Position numbers and translations under genes: made by a program. This document shows positions 63,220 to 64,000 of a stretch of DNA of 64,000 bases, piece by piece (positions within the stretch are counted from its first letter, which is position 1; the number at the start of each line of letters is the position of its first letter). The DNA comes from Octopus sinensis (taxonomy: Eukaryota): assembly GCF_006345805.1 (NCBI RefSeq), contig NC_043006.1, positions 68,882,001 to 68,946,000 on the forward strand, in the 5' to 3' direction. Below the pieces are notes generated by a model. The model saw only the letters and a program-made list of their open reading frames with translations. It did not search any database and was not told the origin of the DNA.

Positions 63220-63355
63220 ACGATGAGCTTCTTTCAGTTTCCGTCTTGAAGATTAACGGACAAGGCTTTAGTCGGTCCGATGCTACAGTAAAAGACACTT
63301 ACGCAGTTGGATTGAACCCGGAACCATGTGGTTAGAAACAAACTTCTTACCATAC
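63220..63355 (-). mobile_element. SINE family B, 5' half
   Basis: gagcttctttcagtttccgtct..gaacccggaaccatgtggtt..cttcttacca. Confidence 0.8.
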
Positions 63356-64000
63356 GTCACATGAAGCTCGTATGTGCATGAGTTAGTAACAATACACTTG
63401 TATGTATGGAAGCAGGTAAAGTTTTATACAACTGCTTGATGCTTGAATGTGGGCGTGAGTGTATATATATATATTATTATATATATATATATATATATAG
63501 ATATATATATATAATATATATGTATGTATAATCATTAGTATGTTAGCGTGTGTATGCATGCATGTGTATGTGTGTTATGTAAGTCATTGTATGTATATGT
63601 AGATATCTATGTGTGTGCGTATGAGTATGAATGCCGTTTGAATGTTTGTATATAATTGTATGTATATGCGCACTCGCTCTGTGTGTATGTGTGTGTGTGT
63701 GTGTATGCGCATTTATGTCTGTAAATGTGTTGCTTACGTCTGTATGCGTATCACCGTATGAGCCTCCGTGGGTATATTCATGCGTATTACGTGTGTATAT
63801 GTTTCTTTTGTGTGTGTTTGTGTGTGCGTGTGCGTGCGCGCGCGCGCGCGTGTGTGTAATGTTGGTAGTTTACTTGTAGCTCATTTAATGTCTGCTGTTC
63901 CGTTAATCTGTCTCCCTCCCTACACGAATAACTGCCGTACAAAGTTTCAACTCTTCAAAGCTATTGTTTACAGCTTGTTTAAATTTCTGTAAATCCTACA

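Overview
AT-rich eukaryotic DNA packed with microsatellites and transposon debris. The repeat families and simple-repeat load suggest intronic or intergenic sequence from an octopus or other coleoid cephalopod (inference). Almost all ORFs in the six-frame track are simple-repeat artefacts, and no intact multi-exon gene is visible. There is one good candidate first coding exon of a minus-strand host gene (28271-28398, signal-peptide-like, with plausible splice sites). Recognisable elements: a near-complete Tc1 (DD34E) with ~224-bp IR/DR termini; decayed mariner and maT (DD37D) transposases; R4/Dong-like, RTE, CR1-like and Penelope-like (GIY-YIG) retroelement remnants; at least four tRNA-derived SINE families with modular tails; hAT and pogo MITEs with intact target-site duplications; a Helentron/HINE-like element; and a run of three fold-back elements. 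The most unusual signal is a set of unrelated short (TA)n-anchored elements, clustered mainly at 53.7-63.1 kb, that carry type I hammerhead-ribozyme folds. One lies in a ~497-bp cleavage-site-to-cleavage-site tandem, a Penelope pLTR or retrozyme-like layout. Coordinates were counted by hand, so decayed-element ends are approximate. Family names A-D are local labels, and no database search or folding program was run.
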